A stretch of 64,000 bases of DNA, taken from NCBI RefSeq assembly GCF_004010195.1, contig NC_057718.1:27261477-27325476 (forward strand), given 5' to 3'. Below, piece after piece: positions 38,478 through 51,699 of the stretch. Under the pieces are notes generated by a model, which was given only the letters and a program-made list of their open reading frames with translations, had not been told where the DNA came from and ran no database searches. Numbering within the stretch: the first letter of the stretch is position 1; each line of letters opens with the position of its first letter. This DNA is from Chiloscyllium plagiosum. Its lineage: Eukaryota. A program made the translations under genes and the position numbers.

Positions 38478-40996
38478 CTAATAGTCAGAAGAAAATTGAG
38501 AAACAAATTTGTAAGGAGATCTCAGTTATCTGTAAGAATAACAGGGTGGTTACGGTAGGGGATTTTAACTTTCCAAACAAAGACTCGGACTGCCATAGTG
38601 TTAAGGGTTTAAATGGAGAGGAATTATTAAGTGTGTATAAGAAAATTTTCTGATTCAATATGTGGATGTACACAGTAGAGAAAGTGCAAGACTTGACTAC
38701 TCTTGGGAAATGAGGCAGGGCAGGTGACTGAGGTGACAGTGGGGGAGCACTTTGGGGCCAGCAACCATAATTCTATTAGATTTAAAATAATGATGGAAAA
38801 GGATAGACCAGATCTAAAAGTTGAAGTTCTAAATTGGAGAACGGCCAATCTTGATGGTATTAGGCAAGAATTTTCAAAAACTGATTGTCAGCAGATGCTC
38901 GCAGGTAAAGGGACGGCTGGAAAATGGGAAGCCTTCAGAAATGAGATAACGAAAGTCCACAGAAAGTCTATTGTTGTGAGGGTGAAAGGAAAGGCTGGTA
39001 GGTATAGGGAATGCTGGATGACGAGATAATTGAAGGTTTGGTTAAGAAAAGGAAGGGAGCATATGCCAAGTATAGACAAGACAGATCAAATGAATCCTTA
39101 GAGGAGTATAAAGGCGGTAGGAGTATACTAAAGAAGGAAATCAGGAGGGCAAAAAGGGGACATGAGATAGCTTTGGCAAATAAAATTAAGGAGAATCCAA
39201 AGGGTTTTACACATACATTAAGGTCAAAAGGGTAACTAGGGAGCAAACAGGCCACCTCAAAGAAGGTGGCCTCTGTGTGGAGCCACAGAAATTGGGGAAG
39301 ATATTAAATGAGTATTTTGCATCAGTATTTACTGTGGAAAAGGACATGGAAGATAGAGAATGTAGGGAAATAGATGGCGACATCTTGTAAAATGTCCATA
39401 TTACAGAGAAGGAAGTGCTGGATGTCCTGAAACGCATAAAGGTGGATAAATCCCCAGGACATGATCAGGTGTACGCCAGAACTCTGTGGGAAGCTAGGGA
39501 AGTGATTTCTCGGCCCCTTGCTGAAATATTTGTATCATCGATAGTCACAGGTGAGGTGCCAGAAGACTGGAGGTTGGCTAACGTGGTGCTACTGTTTAAG
39601 AAGAGTGGTAAGGACAAGCCAGGGAACTATAGACCACTGAGCCTGACGTCAGTGGTGGGCAAGTTGTTGGAGGGGATCCTGAGGGACAGGCTGTACATGT
39701 ATTTGGAAAGGCAAGGACCGATTCCGGATAGTCAACATGGCTTTGCGCGTGGGAAATCATGTCTCACAAACATGATTGAGTTGTTTGAAGAAGTAACAAA
39801 GAGGATTGATGAGGGCAGAATGGTGGACATGGTCTATATGGAGTTCAGTAAGGCGTTCAACAAGGCTCCCCATGGGACACTGGTTAGCAAGATTAGGTCT
39901 GATGGAATACAGGGAGAACTAACCATTTGGATCCAGAACTGGCTCAACAGTAGAAAACAGGGTGGTGGTAGGGGGTTGTTTTTCAGACATAGGCCTGTGA
40001 CCAGTGGAGTGCCTCAAGGATCAGGGCTAGATCCACTACTTTTCATCATTTATACAAATGATTTGAATGTGCGCATTAGAGGTATAATTAGTAAGTTTGC
40101 AGATGACACCAAAATTGGACATGTAGTGGATAGCGAAGAAGGTTACCTCAGGTTACAACAGGATCTTGACCAGATGGGCCAATGGGCTGAGAAGCGGCAG
40201 GTAGAGTTTAGTTTAGATAAATGCAAGATGCTGCATTTTGGGAACGCAAATCTTAGCAGGATTCATCCACTTAATGTTTAGGTCCTAGGGAGTGTTGCTG
40301 AACAAAGAGACCTTGGAGTGCAGGTTCATAGCTCCTTGAAAGTGGTGTCGCAGGTAGATAGGATAGTGAAGAAGGTGTGTAGCACGCTTTCCATTATTGG
40401 TCAGAGTACTGAGTAGAGGAGTTGGGAGGTCATGTTGCAACTGTACAGGGCATTGATTAGGCTACTTTTGGAGTATTGTGTGCAATTCTGGTCTCCTTCG
40501 AATCAGAAGGATGTTGTGAAACTTGAAAGGGTTCAGAAAATATTTGGAAGGATGTTGCCAGAGTTGGAGGATTTGAGCTTTAGGGGGAGGTTGAATAGGC
40601 TGGGGCTGTTTTCCCTGGAGTGTCGGAGGCTGATGGGTTACCTTATAGAGGTGTATAAAATTATGAGGGGCATGAATAGGATAAATAGACAAAGTCTCTT
40701 CCCTGGGGTGGGGGAGTCCAGAACCAGAGGGCATAAGTTTAGGGTGAGAGGGGAAAGATAAAAAAGAGACCTAAGGGGCAAATGTTTCACGCAGAGGGTG
40801 GTACCCGTATGGAATGAGCTGCCAGAGGAAGTGGTGGAGGCTGGTATGATTGCAACATTTAAAAGGCATCTGGATGGGTACATGAATAGGAAGGGTGCTG
40901 GCAGCTAGGACTAGATTGGGTTGAGATATCTGGTCAGCATGGACAAGTTGGACCAAAGGGTCTGTTTCTGTGCTGTATATCTCTATGACTCTATGT
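38478..40996 (+). mobile_element. CR1 LINE ORF2 (endonuclease through tail), frameshifted
   Basis: GDFNFP, GEHFGASNHNSI, ORFs 39415-40281 and 40432-40761, and the tail ctctatgactctatg. Confidence 0.95.
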
Positions 40997-41225
40997 CAGT
41001 CCTGTAAACTCAGGAATTAGCCTAATAAATCTTGTTGCATTCCATCAATTGCCAGAACATCCTTCCTCAGATAAGGAGACCAGAGCTGCATGCAATACTA
41101 CAGATGTGGTCTGACTAAGGCCTTGCACAATTCCAACAAGGTATCCCTGTTCTTGTACTCAAATTGTTTCACTATGAAGGTCAACGTACCATTTGCTTTC
41201 TGCACCACTTACTGCACCTGCATGT

Positions 41226-41546
41226 TTAGACTAGATTAGATTCACTACAGTGTGGAAACAGGCCCTTTGGCCCAACTAGTCCACACTAACCCTCTGAAGG
41301 GTAACCCACCTAGACCCATTTCCCTCTGACTAATGTACCTAACACTATGGGCAATTTAGCATGGCCAATTCACCTAACCTGCACATCTTTAGACTGTGGG
41401 AGGAAACTGGAGCACCCAGAGGAAACCCACGCAGACACAGGGAGAATGTGCAAACTCCACACAGACAGTCACCCGAGGCTGGAATCAAACCTGGGACCCT
41501 GGTGCTGTGAGGCAGCAATGCTAACCACTGAGCCACCGTGCCACCC
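41226..41546 (-). mobile_element. HE1 SINE
   Basis: Full HE1 body and a (TCTAA)-type tail. Confidence 0.95.
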
Positions 41547-43151
41547 CAAAAGCTTTCACAACTTATGAATGAAGATGCCAAGTCTCATTATGGCTCCCCC
41601 TTTCCTAATCTATGACCATACTGACAATAATTCCTGTTTTATTACCATAGTAGATAACCTCACATTTATCCGTACAAGCTTCATCTGCTTTGCGTTTTCC
41701 CCACTCACTCAATTTGTCAAAATCACACTGACACAGTTCACAGTTCACTTCGCCCCACTCTGATTTGTGCCATCTACAAGCTTGTAGATATTACATTTAG
41801 TTTCCTCATCTAAATCATTAATGTGGATTTTGCTAATAGCTGGGATCTAAGCAGGATCCTTGCAGTACTCCATTGGTCACCGACTGCCACTTAGAAAATG
41901 ATTCATTTATTTTTACTCTTTGTTTCCTGTCTGCCAACTAATTCTTTATCCATGTCAGTACAGTAGCCCCAATTGCATGAGCTGTAAGTTTGCATGTTGA
42001 TCTCTTAAGTGGAACCTTATTTTACCCCTTTTGATGGTCCAAGTAAACCACATCTACTGATTCCCTCTTATCAACTCTACCAGTTACATCCTTGAAAAAA
42101 TTCCAATAAATTCATCAAGCATGATTCCTTTTTCATAATTTCATAATGATTTTGTCCAATTCTGTCACTGTTTTCCAAGTGCTCTGCAGCTAAATATTTT
42201 CCTGCTCCTCAGATGGTGCCTGACCTGCTGTGCTTTTCCAGCACCACACTCTCGACTCTGATCTCCAACATCTGCAGTCATTCACTTTCTTCTAGTATTT
42301 TCCTTACTACCAATGTCAGGCTAACTGGTCTAAAATTCCCTGTCTTCTCTCTTACTCTTTTTTTAAAATAGTAGAGTTACATTAGCTACCCTCCAATCCA
42401 AAGGAACTATTCTAGAGTCTATAGGTCTTAAAAGAGGACCATAGATTTTCCACTATTTCTAGCATCCACTATTTCTAGGGCCACTTCCTTAAATGCTCTG
42501 GGATGTAGGCTATTGGACTATAGGGACTGTAGTGCCCTTAATCCTATCAGTTTCTCCAACATCATTTGCCTACAAATACTGATTTCTTTCAATTCTACAC
42601 TTTGGTTAGACCACGTGTTTCCCAACATTATTGGGATTTGTTTGTGTCTTCCTTTGTGAAGATAGACCCAAGATACATATTTAACTGGTCTCTTTGGTCC
42701 CCCATTATAAATTCTCCAGTTTCTGATTGTAAGGGACCTACACTTCACTAACATTTTTCCTTAATATATCTATGTATGTTTCTACAATCAGTTTGTATTC
42801 TTCCCACAAGTTTACACTTGTACTATATTTTTTCCCTCTTATTTATTCTCCATTGCTGAAATCTGACCTGCTCCCAATCCTCAGATCTGCTTCTCTCTTT
42901 GGCCAATTTGTACTCCCTTTTCTTGAATCTAACACTATTACTGATTTCCCTTATTAGTTATAGTCAGACCATCTTTCACATTTTGTTTTAGTGCCAGCCA
43001 GGAATGAAAAATTGTTGTAGTGCCTCCATGCATTCTTTAAATGTTTGCTATCCCCTACGCACTGCCATCCTTTTAAGTAATGCTCCCCAATTTATCATAG
43101 CCAGCTCGTGCTTTGTATAATTTTAATTTCCTCAGATTAGATTCAAGACCT

Positions 43152-43452
43152 GGCACGGTGGCACAGTGGTTAGCACTGTTGCCTCACAGCGCCAGAGACC
43201 TGGGTTCAATTCCCGCCTCAGGCGACTGACTGTGTGGAGTTTGCACGTTCTCCCTGTGTCTGCGTGGGTTTCCTCCGGGTGCTCCGGTTTCCTCCCACAG
43301 TCCAAAGATGTGCAGGTAAGGTGAATTGGCCATGCTAAATTGCCCGTAATGTTCGGTAAGGGGTATGGGTGGGTGCGCTTCGGCGGGTCGGTGTGGACTT
43401 GTTGGGCCGAAGGGCCTGTTTCCACACTGTAATCTAATCTAATCTAATCTAA
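43152..43452 (+). mobile_element. HE1 SINE (apparently young)
   Basis: Runs from ggcacggtggcacagtggttagc to gtaatctaatctaatctaatctaa. Confidence 0.96.
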
Positions 43453-43654
43453 ACCCTCATCTCAGAATCAACTTTCTCACTCTCTGTTTTAATGAAGAAT
43501 TCAATCACGCCATGGTCACTCTTCCCCTAGGTGCCTTGAACAGCTAGAATGCCAATTATTCCTTTCTCATTAGACAATATCAATCTAGGATGGTTTGTCC
43601 TCTAGTTGGTTCTTCAGCATATTGATCCAGTAAACCATCTTGTACACACACCAG

Positions 43655-44160
43655 TTCTGGAAATGGCACATGAAGGATATAAAGGTATTGGAGAGGATAC
43701 AAAAAAGGCTACAAAAATACTTCCAGGGATGAGGAATTTCAATTATGAAAATAGATTGCAAAAGCTAGGTCTGTTTCCTTTGCAGTGAAGGCTAAAAGGA
43801 GATATGATTGAAGCATTCAAAGTTGTGAGGGGTCTGGACAAAGTAAAAAGGGAAAAAAATGTTCCCAGTGATGAGAGAATCAAGAATGAGAGGCCACAGC
43901 TTTCAACTAATGAGTAAAAGGAGGAAGAGTTTTCAAGCAGTGATTGTTTAAAGTCAGAATGCACTGCCTGAGAAAGAGGTGGAGGCAAATTCAATCAAGA
44001 CAATAAAAAAAGAATTAGATGCTTATTTGAAAAGAGAGAATGTACTGGATTACAGGGAGAAGGCAGGAAAATGGCATGAGATAAGAAGCTCATTTGGATA
44101 CCTGGGGGATGTGACAGACCAAATGGCCTTCTTCAGCACTTAACAAACCTATAACTCCAT
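43655..44160 (+). mobile_element. Old CR1 3' fragment
   Basis: ATKILPGMRNFNYENRLQKLGLFPL and RLKGDMIEAFK, then gaccaaatggccttct. Confidence 0.8.
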
Positions 44161-45918
44161 ATTATGAATGTACATTCCATGGCATCAGGTTCTGGCATGG
44201 GATTGAAATTCAAAATTTCTGGTCCAGAGGTAGAAGGCTACCTCACTGCTACAAGACTTCCTGTATAGATGTAAACCAAAGAGACAGACTATTCTGCCAC
44301 AATCAGCATTTGTGTTCCATACTCATTCCATCCTGCTTCACCTAATGTCCTCTATTCCTTTCTTTTTGATATACTAATTGAGATTGTCTTGAGTAAGGTG
44401 TAGCAAGACGTTGGAGTGATTTGAAAACAAAGGTGAGAGTTATAAAATTGGGAGTCGCCAGACTAGAACCAATATATGAAAGCAGTATAGGAGAGGTGGG
44501 TAACTAGAATTTGGAATAAAAAGCAGGTAGGTCTTCTGGAATATAATAATCATTTGCTGGATTATTTTAAAACACTTTCATTAGCAACAAGCACATATTA
44601 ATTTACAATTTTAAGTTGAAACGAAAATAAACTGATATGTGCACCTTGTTAAAATTTAAGATTTAAGAGAACTAAACCTACTTTAACTTGGTGCTTAAAA
44701 ATACAGCCAAGGTACACATAGAAAAACAGTAATAACTTATTTGTTTTACTCTTTGTATAGTAATTAATTAAACTGCAGCAGCAAATTATGTTTTATGCAA
44801 TTACTATGTTGTCTTTTTTCCTCCTAGATAGACCATCAATGATTTAGTTTTACTGCGAAACTTAAAGTTAGTTCACAGGAAGATCTTCTGACTGGCATTA
44901 CATTCATAAACTGCACAATAAAAAATGCATTACTATAATTCATACAACATTTTAGACAATTCTAGGAAGATAATTATGTGAATACAGTTAGTCTAAGGCT
45001 TGCACTAACAATAGGAAACAGCAATAATTTTGTTTCTTGTTCTTGCTTATTAAGATAATAGGAACATAGGAACAAGAGTAGGCCATTCAGCCCCTTGAGC
45101 CTGTTCTGTCATTCAATAAGACCATGTCTGACTTGTGGCCTAACTCCCTTTGGCCATATCTCTGAACAGCTTATCTATCTCAGATTTAAGATGAACAATT
45201 TATCCTGCATTCACTGCCATTTGTAGAAGAAAGTTCCAAACATTTACTATCCTTTGCATGTAAAAGAGCTTCCTAATATTTCACCCGAATGATCGGGTCC
45301 TAATTCTCAGATTATACCCCCAGGTCTAGAAACCCTAGCAGAAATAGTTTATCTTTATCTACTATTTTCCTGGTATTATCTTGAAGACATCGATCAGATC
45401 ACCCCTTAACCTTCTAAATTCAAGAGAAATCAGGTCTACTTTGCTTTGTCTCTCCTTGTATCACAACCCCTGAAGTCCAGATATAATTCTTGCAACCCTC
45501 CATTCTACTCCCTCCAAGAGTAATATATCCCTCCTCAGGTGTGGTGCCCAGATCTGCTCAGATATACCTGGAGGGATCTAACCAGGTTTTTGTATAACTG
45601 CAGCATAACTTCTGCATCCTTATACTCTAATCTTCTAGTTATAGAGGCCAGCATTCCACTAGCTATCATTATTACTTTCTTACCAGTCATGGCATTTTTA
45701 TGTACCCGAACCACAAGTTTCTTTAGACATAACTGTATTTAATTTCATACCATCTAGAAAGTACTCTGATTTATCCTTTTCCAGGCTGAAATGAATAATT
45801 TAACACTTGATTACATTGAACTCCATCTGTAACAGCTTGCCAATTCAGCAAGTCTATCAAAATACCTTTGTAATTTTATACTATCATCCACATTGTCCAC
45901 AATGTCAACTATTGTTGT

Positions 45919-46270
45919 CATAAAATCATAGAGTCCCTACAGTGTGGAAATAGGCCATTAGGCCCAACAATTCCACATCGACTTTCCGAAGAGTATCCCA
46001 TCCAGCCCCATTTCCCTACCCTAATACTTTACATTTCCCCTGACTAATGCACCTAACCTAAAAATCCCAGAACACTATGGACAATTTAGCATGGCCAATT
46101 CACCTAACCTACACAACTTTGGACTGTGGGAGGAAAGCTGAGCACCAAGAGAAAACCCAAACAGACACAGGAAGAATTTACAAATTCCACACAGGCTGTT
46201 GCCCAAGGCTAGAATTGAACCCAAGTCCCTGCTGCTGTGAGGCAGGAATGCTAGCCACTGTGCCATCGTG
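45919..46270 (-). mobile_element. HE1 SINE (older, with a ctctatga-type tail)
   Basis: Diverged HE1 body flanked by tgtcat repeats. Confidence 0.92.
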
Positions 46271-46413
46271 TGTCATCAGCAAATTTGAATATACAACCTT
46301 CTACACAATTTTCAAACTCATTAATAAATAATGTGCATAATTGAGGCCCAAACACAGATTCTTGTGGGACACTACTGATTGCATGCTGCCAATTTGAGGA
46401 CCTACCCATTATC

Positions 46414-46511
46414 GGAGAAAGTGAGGACTGCAGATGCTGGAGATCAGAGCTGAAAATGTGTTGCTGGAAAAGCTCATGCCCAAAGCGTCGATTCTCCTGC
46501 TCCTAGGATGC
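46414..46511. mobile_element. Penelope mini-insertion made of two oppositely oriented pieces
   Basis: Exact 15-bp TSD gacctacccattatc at 46399-46413 and 46512-46526. Confidence 0.9.
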
Positions 46512-46614
46512 GACCTACCCATTATCCCAACTTTCTGTCATCTGCCACTCAATCGGGACACTACCTCATAAGAGCATGTTCAATATTGCAACAATAGAAT
46601 GAGGTATCAGCATA

Positions 46615-46780
46615 GTTTGGATATCTCATTCAAAGAGTGGCAACCTCAACAGTGCAGCCTTCCTCAATAAAGAATTTGCATTTATACAGTACCTTTAACT
46701 ACCTCAGGACAAAGTGCTTTACAGCCAGTAAAATACTTCTGAAGGGCTGTTAAAGTCATTGTGTAGAAAACATAGCAACA
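46615..46780 (-). mobile_element. Deu-SINE fragments
   Basis: Reverse complements of the Deu-SINE internal segment (ctcattcaaag..ggcaacctcaacagtgcagc) and 3' segment (ttgcatttatacagtaccttt...aaagtgctttacagcca). Confidence 0.5.
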
Positions 46781-47139
46781 ATCACACACGATAACACAAG
46801 TACCAATGAGATAATGATATTGCATGGTGTGAATTGAATTGATTGAAGACTGGCAACTGTGATGTCAGAAGGTGGTCAAGATGTATTATTCACTCAACAC
46901 TTTCAGATGAAAATAGATGCAAATGATTCAGTCATATCTTTTGCACATCATTGAGGATGAGGGTATTTGTGAAGCATCCACTTCCTGTTTAACTGTCCAC
47001 CACCATAGATATGACAGGACTGCAGAGTTTAAGTTGGTCATGAGATTGCTTAGCCATTTCTATTGCCAGCTAATTTCTGTTGTTTGGCAGCAATTAGCCC
47101 TGTGCTGTCTTCTTCCTCCAAAGTGTTTAGAAAGACGGC

Positions 47140-47166
47140 TTTATTATTACTACTACTACTACTACT
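47140..47166. repeat. (TAT)/(TAC)n microsatellite
   Basis: ttattattactactactactactact. Confidence 0.9.
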
Positions 47167-48857
47167 GAGTAACAGTAGTAACTTTTACTTAGAAAGTTCA
47201 CAGAAAGTTACCTTTTTGATAAAGTTTGAGAATTACCTCCAGCTATGTTTTATCCTCTTTTGCTGCATTATAGTCAATATTAATCACAGAAACTGGCACA
47301 GGTTATGAACTGAGTAAATCTTGCATAAATTTGCACAATTCTCACTACTTCCTAGTTAACATGGAAGTGAACTTCTAACAGTCAATGTGTTAACATGCAA
47401 TTAATCTCTTTGATGGAATATCACAAGATTGTCCCACCAATTTTGAGTTTTCATAACTGATAGAATAATTAAAGGGCAGTTATAAATTCACTTGAAGAAG
47501 CCTCATTGGCTCTAAATTTCCATGTGGTCTTGGAAAATCATTACAAAATGTGGATGATTTCCTGGTTAAGCCATTTAGACCATTTTATCAATTGAATATT
47601 CCAGGAGATTGTCTGTTTCTGGAATAGTAGGTCAGAGACACCAGGGTGAAAGGAGAGCTGGTGAGGTGTCATTGAAATATTGAACAGGATTTTCAGACCC
47701 CTGGAATGGAGGGAATGGAATTTGGTGAGGTTCGCAAACTTCCAGCACCAGCTGGCATATTGTTCAATCCCTTTCCCAACACCAGTCTTTTTGCTGAAAG
47801 TTTGGATTCAGGGCCGGAAGAGAGCTACTTGAACCCACCAGATGGGGAGCTATTTAGGCTCGTTGTTATAACAGTAATTAAAGGATGTCTCCAGTTTCCC
47901 AAATCAGTGGGCACAGTTTAAATGGAGGCCCTAGGATCTTGCAGCATAGTGGTAGTATCACTATGAGTGGGGCAAAAGAAAGGGTTCAAGTTCTGCTCTG
48001 TGAGAATCCTGAAGAGTGACTGTGACCTTGGGGACCAATTAGGGATGAGACAAAGTCTCAAATTCTGCTTTCCTCCCTGCAGGGAAAAATGTATGGTCTT
48101 TGCTTTCTGAACACAATCCTAATTATTACTTAGGTGTGCTAGCATTTTAAGGTTCAAATCAGAATATTAGCTTGGAAGCCAGCTGCATGATTGAAATGAC
48201 TGAATGACTGGTTCAATCTTGGTCATTGTAACGATTTCTGGCAGAAGAAATGCTCCCTGCCGTGTTGAAAGTCAGGAGCAATATTTAGAATGGAAAAATA
48301 ATCTCCATGCTTTGTCTCCCTATATCAGCAAGTTGAAAGTAAAATTCTGAAAAACCATTTTACACTGCCTCCGAAGAACTGTTACTATTTAACATTGTAA
48401 CAACATAGCGAAGAGTCAGCATAGTTATCAATGATAATCTAATTATATTTTTCTTACAGAACTGTCTAAATCACACCCTATTCAAAAGACCCATCCTTGT
48501 CCTGTCTTGCAAGCTACCAAACCTAAGTCAACATGTCCTTGCCAAATTGTTTGACATATTTCAAACCCAAGCTCATCTTTCTTGTCGTTCTACCAAGGAC
48601 AGTAGTAGACAATTCAGCACCCCATTCTATTACATCATGCCTGATTTGTATTCCCAAATTCTTAGCTTTATATACATCTATAGCCGTCCCTAACACAAAT
48701 CTGTCTAACTCAATTTCCTGGTTCCTAGCAAGAGTCTTACTGGACTGGAAAGTTAACTGTGTTCCTCTCTCCACAATTACAGAGTTTCTACAGTACTTTC
48801 CATATTTGTTTCAGATTAAGATGACATCCTCCCAAATACAGAACAAATTAATAGAGG

Positions 48858-50035
48858 CATAGACTTCTAAAGCCCAGAAAAAGGCCCTCAGCCTGTTGAA
48901 TCTGTTGCCTTCAAAAATAGCATCTATTTTAATCCCAGTTTTTAGCACTTAGCCCAAAGGCATGTACGTCTTAGCATCACAATTGTACATCTAAATACTT
49001 CTTAAAATGTTACGAGGGGTTCTGCCTCCATTACTCTTACAGGCAGTGATTTTTAGATTCCCACCACCTTCTGAGTGATTTTTCCCCCCAAATCCCCTTA
49101 ACATTCTGACCTTTACTTTAAATTTTTGCCCCCTGGACATTGATCAAGGGGAATGATTCCTTGCTGTCTACCTCGTCTATGCTCCCTTATAATTTTATAC
49201 ATCTCAATCATGTCCCCGCTGAGTCTTCAAGGAAAATAACCCCAGTCTATCTAATGTCACTTCATAACTGAAACTCTTCGGGCAGGTAGCATCCTGGTAA
49301 ATCTCCGTAGCACCCTCTCCAATGTAATCACATTCCTCCCCTATGTGGATTCCAGAACTGCACACATTACTCTAGCTGTAATCTAACAAGCTTTTTATAT
49401 AGCTCCAGCACATCCTCCCTGCTCTTAAACTTTATGCCTCAGCTCATGAAGACAAGCAACCCATATGCCTTCTTAAGCACTTTATCTATCTGTCCCACTA
49501 CCATAACACCACATACACCAAGATTCCTCTGATCCTCAGTGTTACTCAGAGTCCATCACGCATTCCCATGTCTTGTTTGTTCTGCCCAAGTACATGGCCT
49601 CACGCTTATCTGGATTGAATGCCATTTGCCACTGACTAGCACATCTGACTAGCCTGTCTTTATCCTCCTCTAATGTAAGGCTAACCTCCTTACTATTTAC
49701 CAACCCACCAATTTTCATATCTTCTGTCAATCTACTGATCAAATTTCTTACATTCGAATCTAAATTGATTATATATACCACCCAACACTGATCCCTGCTT
49801 CCAGTCAGAAAAACACCGCTCAACCATCACCCTCTGCTTCCTGCCGCACAGCCAACTCTGTATGCAACTAACCAAATTTCCTTGCATCCCAATGCTTCGC
49901 TATCAGTCTCCCATGCACGCCCTTATCAAAGGTCCCGTTGAAATGCAAGTAGACAGGTCGAACGCATTGCCCTCGTCTATAGTCCCAGTCACCTCCGAAA
50001 ACTTCAATCAATTTGGTCAGACATGACCTCCCCTT
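48858..50035 (-). mobile_element. Old CR1 3' fragment abutting the CpG island
   Basis: ORF 49542-49823 (LTEDMKIGG, QWQMAFNPDK); tttggtcagacatgacctcccctt corresponds to the GRSCLTKL region. Confidence 0.85.
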
Positions 50036-50179
50036 AAAAAAATGAATTGCGCTAAGAAATGTTCGTCTGCCTCTGGATAGACACCGACCTATATTGAACC
50101 AGAATATTACTGCTCACTATTTCATAGGGAAAACTTTCAGTCCATTAGTTTTGAAGGAAGGTGAGTAAATACATTCACC

Positions 50180-50456
50180 ACGTTCTGCACAAAACTTTAC
50201 GCGCAGCGAGGAACTCTCACGCTGTCGGTCATGGCCGTGCACGAGACATGTGAAAGCCGCGTTTGGCGAGCGCGCGCTCCCTCCAGGTGCCTGGAGGGGG
50301 GGGGGGGGGGGGTGCGCGCGTGTGCGCGTCCCCGCGGCCCACCAGCGGCAGCACACGCTTGTGGTGGGAGGCGAGATACCTGGAGCTGGCCAAGCCGGCT
50401 GAGAAGCAGCGCAATAAAGACCCTCTTCCCCAGAAAATAAACACACGCGCACACAC
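50180..50456 (+). promoter_or_regulatory. CpG island / GC-rich promoter of the downstream LRR gene
   Basis: The only dense non-repeat CpG cluster in the window. It contains GCGCGCGC/TGCGCG runs, a G17 tract (50296-50312) and the inverted repeat ccctccagg-tg-cctggaggg, and lies directly upstream of the ATG at 50457. Confidence 0.8.
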
Positions 50457-50629
50457 ATGGCTTCAACTATTTATCTGCTCCTCTTGATAAGTTGTAACAT
50501 TGTGTGCTATTCTTGTGTTCAAACTTACCACTGTCCCAGCATCTGCCACTGCTCCACTCAGTTTGTCAGATGCACCCAGGAGACAGCTGCCCGGGTTCCA
50601 CTTGAGATTTTACGCACCTATTTCAATCT
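50457..50629 (+). CDS. LHCGR: First coding exon of a secreted or membrane LRR protein, most likely the luteinizing hormone/choriogonadotropin receptor
   Basis: Translates to MASTIYLLLLISCNIVCYSCVQTYHCPSICHCSTQFVRCTQETAARVPLEILRTYFN-L. This has a good start context (cacATGG), a hydrophobic signal peptide and a CPxxCxC-x5-C LRRNT cap. The exon is 173 nt and ends in phase 2 at CT|GTAAGT, as in glycoprotein hormone receptor exon 1. The exon is well supported; the gene name is a best match from memory. Exon 2 was not found in the window. Confidence 0.68.
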
Positions 50630-51699
50630 GTAAGTATTATCTTTCTTTTGCGATTCCACATTTTCTTCCAGTGGGACGAATGTCTTTTACTGTTATAAAA
50701 TTCCGATTTTGCTTTAAGGGTCGTCAGTGAATGGTTTTAATTAGAAGATCTGAATTATTCACAAACTGTACAAATATGCAAACTAATAATAGATGTATAT
50801 CAAAGTCGGGTTTTACAATTTTTAACTTTTAGTAATGTGGGGAAGACAAACTTCTAACTATAAACTGTAAACGTAAAGTATTAACAGTATACATCGCATT
50901 CTGTTTTAAATCTGAATTAACGCATAATTTGCGTCAAGACTTGGGTATGTTTTTTTGTAGGAGCCTTTCTAGTGTCACAGTAATAAATCAAAGCACTTTC
51001 TTGGCAGAGATTGACGATGATTTTCTGACTTCCTGAAAATTACATAAAGATTTAGTTACAATTGTCACAACTTACTCACTGTTTTCCAAAAATATCCTTG
51101 ACTCTTACTTACTGGTCTCCTCTCCCACCCAACACCCCGCCAATCAGTTTTACTAACAGGACATAACATAAGTTACTCAGTGGTGTTTGCTGTTCCATTC
51201 TTGACAAATCAATAGAATAGTGGACTAACAGAACCACTTGTATAGCTTTCTGCTAAGGATAAATAAGTTGTTATTTTGGAACAGAAGGAAAATCAGTTGC
51301 CTGATCTTATGAACTTAACCAACTAAATTCATTAGATATTGTGTGTGAATCTAATTCATACAGGATTTAAGCCAATTTTCCAATTAAATTTAGTTATTTA
51401 AAACATCTCTATCAAGTCCTAGCTTAATCATTTCTTCACCAGTCACTGTGATTTTTCAGATGTACTGTTAACAGGTCAAGCTTCCCTGGCCAGTACAAAC
51501 CTCCATAATGTAACTACAACATATCTATTGAATTTGCATTGGTTTGACATTGTCTTTTTGTTTTTGTACTGTATGTCCCCAAATGTAAAACCTAGTATTG
51601 TTTTTCAACTTCATCAACTTGTCCGCAAAGTTTTAAAAACATGTGCACCTGATACTTCAAGACACTTCTTTGATCACCTGGAGTATATCTCCTTCTAAT

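Larger units (their letters stand above)
41000..43650 (-). mobile_element. Old decayed CR1 LINE, interrupted by two HE1 SINEs and a Penelope fragment (about 42198-42295)
   Basis: Reverse-complement remnants of ORF2 (ggaaccttat, aagcatgatt, gtcaggctaactggtcta). Confidence 0.75.
45057..46550 (-). mobile_element. Old CR1 3' fragment with HE1 and Penelope insertions
   Basis: ataggaacataggaacaagagtaggccattcagcccc tail, gatcagatcaccccttaacc, and ttcttgtgggacactact (VPQ motif region). Confidence 0.8.

Noticed and set aside
47063..47308. ORFs with poly-Leu or poly-Tyr as membrane proteins
   Set aside because: They are produced by a (TAC)n microsatellite.
50117..50730. Several 69-113 aa track ORFs over the CpG island
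   Set aside because: They are GC-rich shadow ORFs; the credible frame is the unlisted one starting at 50457.
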